From positions 30,001 to 62,000 of the forward strand of contig NZ_QLIR01000011.1 in assembly GCF_003428155.1 (NCBI RefSeq): a stretch of DNA of 32,000 nt. The letters run 5' to 3'. Below the pieces are notes generated by a model, which was not told the origin of the DNA, did no database searches, and was given only the letters and a program-made list of their open reading frames with translations. Positions 31,050 through 32,000 of this stretch are shown one piece after another. The translations under genes were made by a program, and so were the position numbers. The DNA is from Fastidiosibacter lacustris (GTDB lineage Bacteria > Pseudomonadota > Gammaproteobacteria > Francisellales > Francisellaceae). The first letter of the stretch is position 1, and each line of letters starts with the position of its first letter.

Positions 31050-31699
31050 ATACGCTCCTTTAGTTTCTCAAATAACTGAACTTGGAAGGAACCATGCTCT
31101 TGCTGTATTCGGATTAAGAATAGTGTGAAAATCATAAAACCCATAAGGATATCAAAACTCATCCCAAGTTCGATTAGCCAAGGGAATCCTGTGCTTATCG
31201 CTGCGGCTAGAATAAAGATACTGTTTTCTAATACTAATAGACCCATTACTTGAGTGACAGTTTTTCTTCTAAAAGTAATGATTAATACAGCTACAAATGC
31301 ATTGGCAAGTCCAAGTGAAAATCCTGAAATGTAGCGATGAAGCATACTGTTGACCAACTGCTGTCCTAAAATTAATGCCAAGAGAATAAGCGCAGATGCT
31401 AGTAACAGTAGACTAGGCTTATTCAGTATTGGTTCAATACGTCCGGAAAGGTGTAAAAATTGAACTAATTTCCATAGTAAAAATGGTAAAAGAATAACTT
31501 TGATGCCAATGGTAATAATTAAAGAAATAAATACTTCCATGCTTGGTGCATAGATCGTTTCTGTGAGTATGTAACTACTTAAAAGCACATTCTGAATAAT
31601 TAAAAGTTTGATTACATTCGTAATGTAAGATTGGATTAACATTAAACTACTACATAGTAGCATTGAACTTATCAAAAAAAGCAACCAACTATGAATCAT
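31046..31699 (-). CDS. hyfE: HyfE-like membrane subunit
   Basis: 217-aa hydrophobic protein with YITNVIKLLIIQNVLLSSYILTE...KTVTQVMGLLVLENSIFILAAAISTGFPWLIELGMSFDILMGFMIFTLFLIRIQ, a NuoK-like module. 4-bp overlaps with both neighbours. Confidence 0.85.
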   Translation of the reverse strand: MIHSWLLFLISSMLLCSSLMLIQSYITNVIKLLIIQNVLLSSYILTETIYAPSMEVFISLIITIGIKVILLPFLLWKLVQFLHLSGRIEPILNKPSLLLLASALILLALILGQQLVNSMLHRYISGFSLGLANAFVAVLIITFRRKTVTQVMGLLVLENSIFILAAAISTGFPWLIELGMSFDILMGFMIFTLFLIRIQQEHGSFQVQLFEKLKERI

Positions 31700-32000
31700 G
31701 CTGTTGTTCCTATTAATTGTGTTAAAAGAATACCCAGAAAAGCAAGGAAAAGTGCTAAACCAAGGTACTCTGGTATTCTAAATATACGCACCTTAGTTTG
31801 TAGTGTTTCTGTAATTGCAAGTAGTGCCAATAATATAATAAGTTTGACTAAGGTTGTGATGAATCCAACTGTAATGGATAATAACGAAGTTTCTACCGCT
31901 AAACCAAAAGGAAAAAACAAATTGATAAAGATCAATAAAAATAATTCCAACTTTAACGCATTACTCCATTCTATAGCGGCTAAATATCTCCCTGAATATT
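31696..32000 (-). CDS. hyfC: HyfC/NuoH-like membrane subunit, C-terminal part, truncated by window edge
   Basis: Reading through the track's TTG start at 31950 to the edge gives ...YSGRYLAAIEWSNALKLELFLLIFINLFFPFG...LLALLAITETLQTKVRIFRIPEYLGLALFLAFLGIL, a NuoH/HyfC C-terminus. Confidence 0.88.
   Translation of the reverse strand, partial: YSGRYLAAIEWSNALKLELFLLIFINLFFPFGLAVETSLLSITVGFITTLVKLIILLALLAITETLQTKVRIFRIPEYLGLALFLAFLGILLTQLIGTTA

Noticed and set aside
27542-32000. Genuine energy-converting [NiFe]-hydrogenase or formate hydrogenlyase
   Set aside because: Both cysteine pairs needed for NiFe binding are absent from the large subunit, and no ferredoxin subunit, formate dehydrogenase or maturation endopeptidase is visible.
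27542-32000. Canonical respiratory complex I (nuo) operon
   Set aside because: The subunits read closer to HyfC/E/F/G/I, the B-like gene follows the CD-like gene, and nuoA, E, F, G, I, J and K in standard order are absent.

Overview
Low-GC, housekeeping-rich window, probably from a gammaproteobacterium (Legionella/Coxiella/Francisella-like gene content; taxonomy is inferred, not shown). From left to right it holds: a GNAT acetyltransferase truncated at the left edge and overlapping thrB-thrC; ubiD(-); fur; a VOC protein; pyrG; a YciI-like protein(-); purL(-); an uup-type ABC-F ATPase(-) with a CBS-pair protein(-); fumC; a dacB-type PBP(-); folB and a fused folK-folP; an ABC-2 exporter pair (yadG/yadH-like); glutamine-dependent nadE; a short non-coding or decayed interval; a YcaD-like MFS transporter; pheS-pheT. 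At the right edge, on the minus strand, is a tightly coupled cluster hyfC'(partial)-hyfE-hyfF-hyfG-hyfI. The most interesting signal is this cluster. The HyfG/NuoD-like subunit has lost all four cysteines that would bind a NiFe centre (RVSGDTTVAYA in place of RxCGxCxxxH; DPSWQNW in place of DPCxxC), while the HyfI/NuoB-like subunit keeps its FeS-cluster cysteines. No ferredoxin subunit (HyfH) lies between G and I, and no HyfD between C and E. That matches an energy-converting-hydrogenase-related (Ehr) complex, a class that has been described but whose function is unresolved, rather than a hydrogenase or complex I. Secondary observations are a FolKP fusion with divergent DHPS motifs, a possible decayed gene after nadE, a near-perfect 20-bp dyad upstream of fumC, and several start-site corrections to the ORF track. 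No CRISPR, tRNA/rRNA, phage or transposon features were recognised.
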